From assembly GCA_951406725.2 (NCBI GenBank), contig OX597820.1, forward strand, positions 71,052,001-71,116,000: 64,000 bases of DNA. The letters are read 5' to 3'. This DNA is from Octopus vulgaris. Taxonomy: Eukaryota. Positions 36,295-50,207 of the stretch are shown here, one piece after another. The notes under the pieces were generated by a model. That model had not been told where the DNA came from and ran no database searches. It saw only the letters and a list, made by a program, of their open reading frames with translations. Each line of letters begins with the position of its first letter. Positions within the stretch are counted from its first letter, which is position 1. Position numbers and translations under genes: made by a program.

Positions 36295-36547
36295 CCACTA
36301 TAAGCACAAGGTTGAAATTTTGGGGGAGGGGGATAGTCGATTACATTGACCCCAGTGTTTCACTGGTACTTCATTTATTGACTCTGAAAGGATGAAAAGC
36401 AAAGTCGACCAAGGTGGAATCTGAACTCAGAACGTAAAACCAGATGAAATACCGCTAAGCATTTCACCCAGTGTGCTAACAATTCTGCCAGCTTGCCGGA
36501 ACCATGTAGTTGGTAAGCAAGCTACTTACCACACAGCCACTCCTATG
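36295..36547 (-). mobile_element. Family M SINE fused to a family A head
   Basis: About 50 nt of family A head (to GGTTCCGG) runs directly into GGCAAGCTGGCAGAA of family M; junction near 36497. Confidence 0.75.
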
Positions 36548-38294
36548 TTATTTTCTTAGGATATCAGTCTTCATATTTTACGGTAGCATAAAGTTACTTG
36601 TTTAAGTGATTTTTTGCTGAAATGTTACTTAGACTTGAATTATTGTCACCATCCAATGAAACCAAAAGACAGCTGATATTATTGCAGAATGATTATCCTG
36701 CACAGGCAATCAACTGTTTTCCCAATTTAATTATTCACAATTAATTTCCTCTATTTCTTCATAAGAATTAATATCTACTAGTCAAGTTGTTAACTTATAG
36801 TTACAATACTTTTCCTCAAGCCTTCTACTCTTTCAAAAAGGAACTTATAATAATCAAGTTATCTCTTATCCCATGACAAAGCATTCAGAAAATTGCTCAG
36901 TAAATTCATTGAGTAAACCTATCCAATAAACTGTTGTAAATAACCTCTGGTTGTTTCACCCATCTCAAAATGCTGTTCAATTTCAGTCTCTTCAGCACTT
37001 ATCATTGATACATATCCTCCTTTAAACCAGCTTACAACGTTTTCTTTCAATAGCATTTTGTACTGAATATCACTGTTCAACTTTCTCTATTCTCCTTTAA
37101 TGGATTCTGTTGTCTATGATTTCCTGAAGAACCCATTTACATCCACAATAGATTTGAAGATAATAATGAATGCCAACTCACTTAAAACCAGTTAAACATA
37201 GCTCTGTCCTCAGTAGATACCTAAACAGGTCAGAGACCAAGCTTCTCTCTTTAAATGTGATAGATCAATATTAAAATGATACAAGAAAACCAAAATCATG
37301 CCATTTAACAGAATAACAATCAGACTGGTAATTACTTCTAACATCGTCAAGTTGGGAAGGATAATTTTATTTCCTAAGAACAGCAGATTCAAAGTATGAT
37401 TATATGTTGTTCAGAAAGAAATCTGAATGGCAGACAAGATGGCATCATCAACTGTACACCTGCAGCATTAAACATAGTGAGAAAATTAACTAAAGACTAC
37501 GATAGACTGTTAGGTGAGTAGCTTTATTGAAGCTGATCCTTGCTATCAGCCAATTAGATAACCATTCCTACTTTATTTTTAATACCATTATTATAAATAA
37601 AGTATTGAAGTAATAAATTATTGAGAGGAAAGGATCAAGAATGAAATATTTTTCAATCTCATTAAAAGGTTTGTGTTTTACACACTTTTGAATTTTCTAT
37701 TCAAATTAGATTTAAAAAATATCTCACTAGCAAAAAAAAAAAGAATGTCAAAATCAATTTAAGAAAAGAAAAGAAATATACTACACAAACACAAATATAT
37801 ATAAATATATATATATATGCATGTATACACACAGAGGGAGAAAGAGAGAAAGAGTGAGTGAGAGAGAGAGAGAGAGAAATCAAACATGAAATAATTAATA
37901 TTCATCAGAGATTTGTGAAAATGGAGAATAATATTAAATTAAGAATGCAAGTATAATGAAACCTTTCAGGAGCATGTAATAAGACAGAACACCTGCTGGT
38001 GGGACACGATAGTTCATTAAATAAAGTTATAGCAGCAATTCAGTACAATCTGTGTTGTATTGATTAAAATGTCTGAAACGTAAAGTTGTAAAATATATAA
38101 ACCTTTTGTTGCACTGTCTTTGCACAAATTCATGCATCATTGACCATAATTCACCCCTGTATCCACAGAGCCTTCAAGAGCATGGAACAAAGATTGCACT
38201 GACTGGCTTAATCACTATTCAATGTATATGACTTTATTCAAAACCTATGATATGTTTGTACTCTTGTAATCAAGACCAGAAAGGAAAATTTGAA

Positions 38295-38315
38295 CATCAT
38301 CATCATCACCATTAC

Positions 38316-38378
<63 letters not shown>
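38295..38378. repeat. (CAT)n microsatellite, the tail of a minus-strand element
   Basis: Directly visible. Confidence 0.95.
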
Positions 38379-38966
38379 ATTTAAGGTTCTCATCCAACTT
38401 GTGCAGACCTAAGTTGGATGACACTTGTTGAAACAGTGTTTTACAGCTGGATGTCCTCACTGTCACCAACCCTGACTTTCCAATTAAGGCACTTATTCTT
38501 TCAATTTTTTAACAGACTGCTCAACAGCTAGACATATTTTCTTTTATAGATGTAAATAATTCTTTCTATTTTTGGAACAAAGTCAATTACAACAACCCCA
38601 GTTCTGAACTAATACTTATTTCATTGACCTTCAAATACTGAAAGGTAAAGTCGACCATACCAGCATTTGAACTCAGAGACAAAGTGCCAGAAGAAACGCT
38701 GCTAAGCTCTAATAAGTCTGCCAGTTAGCCAACTTGACAGCAAATATAAATAATGACACCACTTATCATAAACAATGTTAAAACACAAACACACACTGTC
38801 ATTATCTTTCACCATCTTAGAAAAGAGTGGCAACCGAAACTTAACGAGTCATTTCTACAATAAAACTCGTTAATTTGATTCACATTTGAAGCTGCGAAAA
38901 GCTATGCAATCTAATCATGGATCTAATCAAACACTGAAACAAAAGAAATGGATATGATTATCATGT

Positions 38967-39057
38967 GTACTACTACTACTACTACTACTACCACCGCCAC
39001 CACCACCACCACCACTACTACCACTACCACTACTACCGCTACCACTACTACCACTAT

Positions 39058-39107
<50 letters not shown>
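38967..39107. repeat. (TAC)/(CAC)n trinucleotide tract
   Basis: Directly visible; source of the poly-T and poly-Y ORFs. Confidence 0.95.
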
Positions 39108-41693
39108 TGTCGTTGCCATCATCATCATCTTCATCATTCTAATGTCTGTATATCTCACAGTTGCATGGGCTGCACAAAGTGTGATCAGGCAGATTTTCTG
39201 CAGCCAGGTACCCTTCTTGTCACCAACTCTTACCAGTTTCCAAGCAAGGTAATATTTCCTTATGGCCAGACAGGTTTATGCAGAGCAGTGGAAATGAATG
39301 ATTCTGTTGTATGACAGTGACATTCATTTACAACCATCCTCCAACAATGTCAAGACAAACACACACACACACACACAATGGGCTTCTTTTATTTTCCATC
39401 TACCAAATCCACTCACAAGGCTTTGGTCTTCTACAGTACGAGACAACTGTCCAAAGTGTCACACAGGACTGAGCCTAGAACCATAAAATCGGAAAGCAAG
39501 TTTCTGAACCATGCAACTATGCAAGTGCCCTTACACACACACATTTATTATATATATATATATAAATATATATATAGATATAGATATAGGGTGAAATATA
39601 ATTAATTTAATAAAATCAACAAATTTCACCAAGTAGTATTTTGGTATGTCTGTGGAGACTTATTTTTGTCGTAAAAGGAAATAGTAGTCTTTTAGCTGCT
39701 ATTTCTAAAATTTTCGGTATGTGGTTAAGCAACTTGTTGCAAAAAAACCCTTATTATTATAATTATATATATATATATATATATTCAATGTATGCCACTG
39801 ATTACCAACAATCTAATAATAATTTTTACTTGAAAGTTTTACTTGAAACTGAAATTATTTTGGCAATGACAAAGCATAAGGATATTTTTCTAAGGAGGAA
39901 ATATATTTAACAAAAACCCAATTTGTTACTTATTTTACCAACACTGGCCAAAGTCAACCATAGTAAAAAATGAAGTCAATTTAGTATCATGCTGAACTAA
40001 AGAAGATAATACATTATATTCCTAATGTTTCAACCAACTTAATTAGCCTTCTTAATTTTTTTAGTTGGAAATTTTCCCAACTACATCTAAGTATATAAAT
40101 GTATCTCTATCTTGCATTCTAATCCTCTTTACAATGACCTAGATAAGTTAAGCAGTTGTTTATTTCTTTCTTTCTTTCTTTCTTTTTTTTTCAAATATGT
40201 AACCACAGATGTTTCTCTGACTGAAATATCTGATCTGCCAACATATTTTCTTAACCTTTTCAATAACCTACCTAAGACCACCTCTGGCTCTATGACACAA
40301 ATACTTCAATTACATGCAAGAACCTTTTGTTATGTTACAAACACCATCTTAATAAGGAAAAAAACCAGTTGTTGTCTCATCAAATCTCTAGAAAATTTTG
40401 ATTATTTTCAAAATTAATTACAATACAAGGAGAGTATATTTCATTAGACATATGTAACAAGTGATTTAAAAAATTATTCGTAAATCTCTTCTCAACTGTA
40501 GGAGGCATCCTCAACAATGCAGCATTAAGTAGTTCTAACTAATCTATCACTGCTTGTTATTAAAATGTTAATAGAATAAGCATTGAAATGATTGCCAATT
40601 TTTGGAATCTCTGAAAAGATACAATAAAGAAAAAAAAAAAAAAAATTTCCTCTTAAGTATCAGATCTAAATATTGTTACTACTTAGGTTTACATTCAATT
40701 TTAATTTGTCCACTTATAAAGACTTTTTCATTTACAAACAATAACTCAAATGTTGCCAATTATTGTCAAAGAACATCACTCTTCTTTAAAAGGTCTCTTC
40801 AATTTTCAATGACAAAGTTGCCATCAAAAATACTAATACAGCCTACAACACTGTAAATCAATAAGTTCAGTTTCAATTCTAATTATCAGAGCAGTTACAA
40901 AAATCACACCTTCAATTTTAGAACAACATAATTTATTGACACATAAATTATCAACACATAAATTATTAATGCAATTAAGTGAATACTTTTGCATGTGTTT
41001 TGTTTTTTTTGTTTGTTTTTTTTCTTTTTTATATCTGTACTCAACACAAATATTATACAATTACTAATTCTAACAAACCTGAAGCAAGAGTTATTAATAC
41101 TAATGAATCATTTCTCTATTTTCACCCTATTTTGTTCTTTTTTGTTTCGCTTTTCAATTCTTTTTAGAAAAATATGATTAACCTTCAAAGTAGCATTAAA
41201 CAAATTAGAATTCAAAAATTAGCGATTAGCTTTCAACATATATATTGTCTACATTTAATCTTAATCAGTGCAGTATCTTAATTTAGCTACGAACTAGTAA
41301 GCTAGTATTTACCATCTCCACTGGCACTGCCAAACTCAATTCATCTATTAAATTAAAGAATTGTACATTAAATCTGTAAATCTCTAATTGGTACTTTGCT
41401 ACAGGGAATTAATTGTAAACTGGATTGGAATATCAGTTCTAGATTTTCTTTATGAGTTTGCACTAATGACTCCCTTCTGATGTTGTCTTCATTAAGATCA
41501 AACAACATTGAGCATACATCATAAAAGCTTTGCTGTATTTTTACATTTCAAAGTAACAGATTCTGTTTCTTCAGTTACACTAAAAAAAGGTTGATACCTT
41601 TGCACTTCTCTAATAAAGGACTTTTTAAATGAAATATCAGTTTTAAGCTTTTGGCTCTATGACTCAAACAAAATCTTCAGTTAGCCGCAGCAG

Positions 41694-41925
41694 CATCATC
41701 ATCATCATCACTGTTGTCATTGTTCATCATCATCATATCATCATCACCACCATCATCATCACCATCATCATCACCATCATCACCATCACCACTATCACCA
41801 CCATCACTACCACCATCACCACGACTACTACCACCATCACCACTACCACCACCATCACCACCATCACCACCACCACCATCACCACTACCACCACCATCAC
41901 CACCATCACCACCACCACCATCACT
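41694..41925. repeat. (CAT)/(CAC)n trinucleotide tract
   Basis: Directly visible. Confidence 0.95.
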
Positions 41926-42489
41926 GCTTTAACATCCACTATTTCACGCTCGCATGGGCCAGGCTGAGTTTGTGGAAACAAATTTTCTACAACCAAGTGC
42001 CCTTCTTTCTGACAGTCCTCGCCTGTTTCTAAGCTAAGTAATACTCCCCATAGCCAGACATGTTTTTCCCAGAACACTGGAAATGAACAAGTTTGCTTAC
42101 ATGACACTGATGCTCATTTACAACCATCATGTGATGTCTAGACAAGAGGACATGCAAACATATTTACTCACATATGTACATATATGTATGTGGTGCATAT
42201 ATGTAAAAAGCATTAGTGATGGTGCCTGGTAAACAGCACTGGTACCACATAAAATGCACTAGCACTGGTTCTACATAGAAAGCAATGGCACTGGTGCCAT
42301 GTAAAAGGCACCCAGTATGCTCTGTAAAGAGATTGATGTTAAGAAGGCTGGGCAACTCTGGCAGTTTATGTAAAGGAAAAAATGATAAACTAAGAGTGTG
42401 CAGACTTTTCAAATATATATTTACATTGTATTTTTTCTTACTGAACGTTTTTTTGTTTTCTTTCACTGACCACAGAGTTTTTATGTTTC

Positions 42490-42666
42490 ATTAATGAACT
42501 TGTCCTTTGATGCATGTGGCATTATCTCCTCCGGAGTCATTGGTAACTCTTGTACAATGTTCCACATTATGTGTTTAATTTCCCCTTTGGCTCTTAGGGC
42601 TGCTATTACTGTGTCCTCGAATGGCTTGCCAATTCTAGGTATTAACCTGGATAGGCCATCAGCATG
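42490..42666 (-). pseudogene. Ty3/Gypsy pol fragment (RNase H end and linker)
   Basis: HADGLSRLIPRIGKPFEDTVIAALRAKGEIKHIMWNIVQELPMTPEEI; ADxLSR marks the end of Gypsy RNase H. Confidence 0.75.
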
Positions 42667-42668
42667 TA

Positions 42669-42907
42669 CATAGGGAAGATGATGTATGGAGTTAAAAGCA
42701 GAAAAGGTATTGAAAAAAGGACACAGAAACCAATTGAAGAAGTGAGTTATAGAAAATGAACCAGACAGATTGGAAGAACCTATGGAAAGGCTGTATGGCA
42801 CATTCGTGGTACCAGCACTGTTACAGGTGGCTGAACCCATGCGTACAAGTGGAAGAAAGAAGAACACAGAGTTCCTACAAATAGATGCCAAAAAGAAAAA
42901 ATATTAA
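42669..42907 (+). pseudogene. Ty3/Gypsy integrase C-terminal fragment
   Basis: IGKMMYGVK, a frameshift, then GHRNQLKK*VIENEPDRLEEPMERLYGTFVVP...LQIDAKKKKY*. This fits the G..xYxV...HxNQL integrase tail. Confidence 0.65.
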
Positions 42908-42987
42908 GCTGCAAAAAAAATGCTAAAACAGGAGGTGGGGTGAATAAGGTAAAATAAAACTACTTGCTTCCCAAAGAAAAAAAACCC

Positions 42988-43415
42988 TAAAAGGGGAGAT
43001 GTTGTAGTGAAAATGGTACTCTCTTTATCACATAACAAAGTGGTAATGCCACTGTAATATCAGATAGTCAGTCATTGTAGCAGGTCAATTGTAGTAGAGT
43101 CATCATACAAGTTCTCAGTTGGAGTCAGTGTCAGTTATGTGATGTATATGAGTTTGAGTTACCATCAAGGTTGATGTTTGTAAAGTCATTGTCTTGCGGA
43201 GCTATCAGTGACAGCACGATTGACAAGTCAAATACTCTTTTCTTCTCTAGGCACAAGGCCGGAAATTTTGGGGGTGGGGTCCAGTCGATTAGATCAACCC
43301 CAGTACACCACTGGTACTTAATTTTTATCAACCACGAAAGGACGAAAAGCAAAGTCAACCTCGGCAGAATTTGAAATTAGGGGCAGAATACTGCCACAGC
43401 ATAACAGTGGTGACA
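42988..43415 (+). mobile_element. Polypurine tract, LTR (interrupted by a family M SINE) and PBS-like motif
   Basis: AAAAGGGGAGA|TGTTGTAG (LTR start near 43000) ... SINE at about 43240-43380 ... ATAACA|GTGGTGAC. Confidence 0.55.
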
Positions 43416-43755
43416 ACAACATGCAAGTGGGCAAGGATTCACATTATAACAATATATATGATGGAGTCTCCCATCAAAGATGATATATGAACAATCAGCT
43501 TTTACCTAACAACCTGCACAAATGCTTGGTTTATAGCGATTAAATGCATGTGCTATATATGTTAGCTCACTCTCCCCATCAAATGACTGTTTTCTGAACA
43601 AGTGCACACTTACCACACATCAGATGTCAAAGTAATCACAGAGCAAAGTGAGATGAAGTGTTTTGCTCAAGAACACAATGCACTACTCAGTCTAGGAATT
43701 GAAACCACGATCTAACGATCATGAGTGCAACGCCCTAACCACTAGGCCCTGCGTC

Positions 43756-43788
<33 letters not shown>

Positions 43789-44180
43789 GGTGCGGGTATG
43801 GTTGTGTGGTAAGAAGCTTGCTTCCCAACCACATGGTTCCGAGTTCAGTTCCATTGTGTGGCACCTTGGGCAAGTATCTTCTATTATAGTGTTGGGCCGA
43901 CTGAAGCCTTGTGAGTATATTTGGTAGATGGAAACTGAAAGAAGCTCAATGTATATATAATGTATATATTTATGTGCATGTGTCTGTGTTTGTCCCCCCC
44001 ACCACAATTACTTGACAACTGATGTTGGTGCGTTACGTCTCTGAAACTTAGTGGTCCGGCAAAAGAAACCGAAAGAATAATTACTAGGCTTACAAAGAAA
44101 AAGTCCTGGGGTCAATTTCTTTGACTAAAGGCCATGCTCCAGCATGGCCACAGTCAAATGACTGAAACAAGTAAAAGAAT
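43789..44180 (+). mobile_element. CORE-type SINE family A
   Basis: Full-length copy. Confidence 0.9.
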
Positions 44181-44221
44181 AAATCAATATACGTACATAT
44201 ATATATATATATATATATATA

Positions 44222-44467
44222 CACGTAAAAGCACCATCCGTTCGTGGCCGTTTGCCAGCTCTGTCTGGCACCTGTGCAGGTGGCACGTAAAAAGCACCCA
44301 CTACACTCACGGAGTGGTTGGCGTTAGGAAGGGCATCCAGCCGTAGAAACACTGCCAGATCTGACTGGGCCTGATGAAGCCTTCCAGCTTCACAGACCCC
44401 AGTTGAACCGTCCAACCCATGCTAGCATGGAGAACGGACGCTAAATGATGATGATGATGATGATGAT
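44222..44467 (+). mobile_element. RTE LINE 3' UTR, young subfamily
   Basis: Near-identical to 61087-61238 (-) and 3489-3629 over the shared part. Confidence 0.85.
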
Positions 44468-45579
44468 ATATATACACACACACATATATAGATATACACA
44501 CACACATATATATCTGCTACTATCTACTTTCACAAAGAAAAAGAGAGAGAGAGAGAAAGAAAGACAGAGACAGACAGACAGACAGAAAAAAGTAAAATGT
44601 CCCACCTATTTGAAGACTATAGAAATATTTACAAAACATTTCATTTAATTTTTTTCTTCAATATAATTGGGTTTTTTTTAATTCACACCCACCTTTGTTT
44701 TACTCTTAGTTGAAAAAGTCGAAAAAAACTGAAACCAGTACGAACCATTACAAAATGTATTTCATGATAAAATTATGTTAGCATTTTCTAACTTGTCTTT
44801 TTTCCTTATACATATCAACTCATGTGTCTCTTTTTAACATTCTACACACACACACACACACACACAGATATGTATGTATAATATGTATAACTACACACAC
44901 ATACACACATATAGACAGCTGCTGCTTGTATGTGCATCTGAGTGTTCATTTATGTGCGTACACGTACTCTCCTTTTGTCAATGTATATCAGAGAAAGAGG
45001 GAAACAAAGCAAGGAAACCAAAAAGACTAGTACTTTTGAAAGATGTCTCTTGTGATACTTATTCCAGGCATTCCTTTGTCACTAATGACATAAATAATGC
45101 AACAAACCAGTGACTGACACATCGGAAACTTGTAACCAACAATGCCCATCACTAGCAATATAAAATAAAATAAATGAAGCAAAACCATAAAGTGAAGCAA
45201 CATCTTATCTGAAGTAGTTTCTGTATATGATCCAGTCTTATTTATATGGATATCTGAATGGTGAAAGAATTTGACTATCTGTATATGGTTTCCAAGTTAA
45301 CCATTTCATGATTATAGTTTAGATTAAATATTTGGACAAAGGGTTTTAACCCCTTTCTTACCATATTTCTTATGAAATACTTCATTTAAATCAAAGATAG
45401 CAGCAGGTGATCTGTGGCCAACAAGAAGACTTCAGAGGTGTTCGCCATGAGGCATGAATTTTTTTAATAACGTTTTTCAGTACTTTTCCAGCTATTGTTA
45501 CCCATTCTCATTGGATGTGGAGAGGCCATGTGTCTCATGTGTAGCAAGAAACCTGGGTTTGTCTATCATACTTTAGCTG

Positions 45580-45976
45580 CGCTTGAAGAGACCTACTGAG
45601 TCAAGTACATCAACATCAAAATAAAAATCAAATGGAAATTCTAGTTGTGATACCCATGCCGGTGACACATAAAAAGCACCATCTGAACATGGCTGATGCC
45701 AGTGCTGCCTTCACTGGCTTCCGTGCCGGTGGCACGTAAAAAGCACCAACCAATTGTGGCTGTTGCCAGCCTCCCCTGGTCTCTGTGCCGGTGCACGTAA
45801 AAAGCACTCACTACACTCACAGAGTGGTTGGTGTTAAGAAGGGCATCCAGCAGTAGAAACACTGCCAGATCAGACAGGAGCCTGGTGCAACCTCCTGGCT
45901 TGCCAGACCCCGGTCGAACTGGCCAACCCATGCTAGCATGGAAAATGGATGTTAAATGCTGATGATGATGATGATG
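45580..45976 (+). mobile_element. RTE LINE 3' end
   Basis: GCTGCGCTTGAAGAGACC (ORF end), three GGTGGCACGTAAAAAGCACC-type units, and a (GAT)n tail. Confidence 0.8.
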
Positions 45977-48579
45977 ACTTTAGCCTTTCAACACCTTGCA
46001 TAAGAACTCACTTCCTCTCTCTCAAATACACTCTCATTCAGTTTTTTTCATTTCCTTTCAATATTTTGTCTTACATGTTACTTGGTGATCTCACTAGTGC
46101 CAGTGTCACAAAAGAGAAAAGCACCAAGAACACACTGTAAAATGGTTGGCATTAGAAAGGACATCCAGTCATAAAAACTAAGCCAAAACTGACACAGCTC
46201 AGCAGCCCATCAGATCCTGTCAAACTAGCAAACCCAAGCCAGCAAGCATGGGAAACAGACACAGAATGATGACGACAACGACAACCACAATGACAACGAC
46301 GATGAGGATGATGATGATGATGAATGTATCTGTGAGACACTGAGCATTTGATGGCTTTTTAGGAAGTCATTTGTGTCACAGTTTGTTTCTCATTTACTTA
46401 AGCATTGGCAATGATGGAAATGGGGCAAAACATGGAGATATTTCTTACATGTAAGATCTAGTACATTATACATGAGGGCTATAGGCAAATGTAACAATAT
46501 CAAAAGTAGACAAAAGGAAGTTACTGATGTCTAGTCTAAGTATTTCAATTAATTTTGAACACTATCAAGAATTCAGAAGGGTTTAGTAAAACAATTATTT
46601 AAACCAGAAGTTCTGATTTAAAACTACGGATAGGATTTTAATTTAAACTTTAACATTTAAACTGATCATATCCGGCACAAATATTTTACCTGTTTTATTT
46701 TCAAACAAGCCAGATCCAGCCTTTCATACCTACTTTACAATGTCACTTAAAAATATATAATCACATCATCAAAATCTGAAAGCTATGAAATAAGGCATTT
46801 GAATAAAAAAGCATTACATTTGACAGAGTAAACTGAATGCTAAAAGGTTAGATATGATCACTTTTGTATCACTGATCTTGAGAGTCTCAGGATCAGCAAC
46901 TTCTTTTTGTAATGGTTAACTTTGAATTCTTTTTTGCCCATCAAATTCATTAAATTCTAAATATTGTTAGAAAAGCTCTAAGCCTCGCAAATTACACCTT
47001 GATAGCCCATCTACTGCTGACCTCACACCTATACAGTCAATGTATTTCATATGAAATATTGTCATGGAGGAGTTAAAGCCACCCTCCTTAATTTTATATG
47101 AGAATTGTTAGGTTCAAAGTACAAATAAAAGCAAAGAAGTTGTTTTACAAGAAGCAACACTAAAAGAGTAAAACACAGCACAGCCATGAAAGATATTATC
47201 TCTGAATGAATACTGTAGTAAATTTACTTTTCAACATTTTACATTGAATATGATATATAGATGACTATTTTAATGTAATGCTACTTCTGTTGCATATAAT
47301 GGGTTAAAAGGTTAATGTTAATATGATTATTTTAAATGAGAGGTTTTGTAACACAGACCTAAATGATGTCTAAGGCAAGCTGATATCAGAAGGGTTAAAT
47401 CAACAGGAGGTATGTATTTCCTTGTGCCAAGACATTTTAATTCTATTTGCCTCAGCTTGATTATCTTTTCTCATCTCATTAGTATTCATCAACTATCAAC
47501 AATTCTACATAGAGGCTAGACAAAGTCTAAGGCCAAACAATCTATAATTTCTTGATTCATATTCTTTTCATTTTAAAGCAAAGTTTTATTCGAGAAGCAA
47601 ATAAGCCACTTAGATCTATACAGACACATCTGTACATACATATGTATGTATGTGTCTATGTACACATACACCCAACAAGCAATCACTCATTTCTGCTCTA
47701 GCTTCTCAACTCTCACACTAAATTTTCCTTTCATCAGGTCAACATTCGTGTAGTAATTCATTTGTATGTTGCTTTTTTCTTTTTAAATATTATTACATGA
47801 TTAAATTCACTTATAAATAACTGTGTTCCCTTTTAGAGAACAGAACTATACAGCTCATGTTATAAAGCACAACTATTCAACTTACATGGATGGAATACAG
47901 AAGAAAATACCCAAACAAAAGGGATAAATTAGCTGATTCATCAAACTGATTCCAACAATTATGAATCTCCAATGTTGGTATAATTCTTTAATAATGTAAA
48001 ATCTATTGTGTGTACACACCATCATCATTTTATGTCCATTTTCTGTGCTGCTATTGGTTCGATGATCAACACAGTTGGAGCCAGCTCCTATTTGAAATTA
48101 CTAACATTCTAGACAAGTTGGGGAATCATGTCTCATTTGCATGAAGAATGACTGTGTGAAAAGCTTGCTTCTCAACTGTAAAGACTTGGGTTCAATCCCA
48201 TAGTACATCACCTAGAGAAAGTATTTTCTACCTGTGCCAACCAAAGCTCCTGGTGAATTCAACAGATGGAAACTGAAAGTAGTTGTGCGTGTACATGTGT
48301 GTGTGTGTGTGCATGCGTGCATGTGTGTGAGTGCCTGTGTATGTATTTGTGTGTGTCCTTATCTAGATATCTAGTTACGATTGTCAATGAGCATCATTGT
48401 CATAGATGTGAGAATGTTCATTTGCAGTGTTCTGTGAAAAAACATGTCAATTCTGGAAAATATTAACTTTCTTAGAATCAGGTGAAGGTTGGTGACAGGA
48501 AAAGCATCTGACTGCAGAAAAATCTGTCTCAACAAATTCCATCTAACCCAAGCAAGCATCCAAAAGTGTATTCTTCTAT

Positions 48580-48935
48580 TCTTTTACATGTTTCAGTCAT
48601 TTGACTGAGGCCATGCCGGAGCACCGCCTTTGGTCGAGTGAATTGACCCTGGGACTTATTCCGTCTAAGCCTAGTAATGATTCTATTGGTCTCTTTTTGC
48701 CAAACCGCTAAGTTACTGGGACATAAACACACCGACATCGGTTGTGAAGTAATGTTGGTGGGGCAAACACAGACACACAAACACATACATACATATACAT
48801 ATACTTTCAGTTTCCATCTATTTAAATCCACTCACAAGGCTTTGGTTGGCCCAAGGCTATAGTAAACACTTGCCCAAGGTGCCATGCAGTGGGACTGAAC
48901 CCAGAACCATGTGGTTGGTAAGCAAGCTACTTACT
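48580..48935 (-). mobile_element. CORE-type SINE family A
   Basis: Copy lacking the first ~20 nt of the head. Confidence 0.85.
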
Positions 48936-48981
48936 TAGGTATCCTAAATAACAAAAACTATCAAACAACGGAGACCCAGAC

Positions 48982-49229
48982 TGTGTTAGTGAAAGATTTA
49001 TTCAGTTAAATACAGGAAGGCGACAGCCACTAGTCAACACTTACTAGAATAGAAACTCGTACTAGAATAGTCAGCTCTTACTAGAATAGAATAGAAATCA
49101 ACTTCGCTGCAGACAAGCTCCCTAGCTAGCTCATGGCAAAGTTTCTGTCTACAGTTCGTCTGTCATAAATCCTTGGACACTGCCCCACAAAACTCTATTT
49201 TCAAACATTATTTCCTATCTATTCTTACA
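48982..49229 (-). mobile_element. Probable LTR (about 250 bp)
   Basis: Minus strand starts TGTAAG and ends AATAAA...CTAACACA, with internal CTATTCTAGTA x3. No TSD found. Confidence 0.45.
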
Positions 49230-49240
49230 GTTAATTATTC

Positions 49241-49622
49241 CTCTTTTACTTGTTTCAGTCATTTGACTGTGGCCATGCTGGAGCATGGCCTTTAGTCGAG
49301 CAAATTGACCACACGACTTATTCTTTGTAAGCCTAGTAATTATTCTATCGGTCTCTTTTGCCGAACTGCTAAGTTACGGGGACTTAAACACACCAGCATC
49401 AGTTGTCAAGCAATGTGGTGACACACAAACATACACACACACGCATATACATATATACGATGGGCTTCTTTCAGTTTCCGTCTACCAAATCCACTCATAA
49501 GGTTTTGGTTGGCCCGAAGCTATAGTAGAAGACACTTGCCCAAGGTGCCATGCAGTAGGACTGAACCCGGAACCATGTGGTTGGTAAGCAAGCTACTTAC
49601 CACACAGCCACTCCTGCGCCTA
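49241..49622 (-). mobile_element. CORE-type SINE family A
   Basis: Full-length copy. Confidence 0.9.
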
Positions 49623-49698
49623 TGAATCTTCTACTTACAAAGCCTTCCTTCTCTATCAGCTTGCCTGTGATCCCTTTGCACTTCTTGAGCAGCTACAG

Positions 49699-49948
49699 CA
49701 GTGGTTTTCAACCAGGGTCCATATGGCCCTTGGAGGTCCATATAAGATTTTGTTGCTAAAACTAATCTGCAACAACTGGTTATACTCTTACAATACACAA
49801 AATATTTTAAGAATTTTTTTTAATACAATTCCTAATAATATTTAATTACAAAAAATATTATATTTTAAAAATCAAATGACTATGAGGGTCCACACAAGTA
49901 AAACAAGAATCAAAGGGTTCCATAGCTAATAATGGTTGAGAACCATTG
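49699..49948. mobile_element. hAT (Charlie-like) MITE
   Basis: TIRs CAGTGGTTTTCAACC and GGTTGAGAACCATTG; repeated GGTCCA motifs; decayed 8-bp flanks AGCTACAG / ATCTATAA. Confidence 0.75.
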
Positions 49949-49973
49949 ATCTATAATATCTTATGGATTTACC

Positions 49974-50207
49974 TGTTTCTTTATTACCCACAAGGGGCTA
50001 AACATAGAGGGGACAAAAAGGACAGACAAAGGGATTAAGTCGATTACATCGACCCCAGTGTGTAACTGGTACTTAATTTATCGACCCCAAAAGGATGAAA
50101 GGCAAATTCGACCTCGGTGGAATTTGAACTCAGAACGTAACGGCAGGCGAAATACCGCTAAGCATTTCTCCTAGCGCGCTAACATTTCTGCCATCTCGCC
50201 GCCTTTT
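49974..50207 (-). mobile_element. Family M SINE with 20-bp target-site duplication
   Basis: Flanks TAATATCTTATGGATTTACC (49954-49973) and TAATATCTTATAGATATACC (50208-50227). Confidence 0.9.

Noticed and set aside
36860-37470. Possible minus-strand terminal exon after aatgctgcag (about 37460)
   Set aside because: All frames close within about 25 codons, and no upstream coding exon was found to join it.
42481-42891. 136-aa minus-strand ORF as a host gene
   Set aside because: Chimeric: its C-terminal part is Gypsy pol and its N-terminal part is antisense to an integrase fragment.
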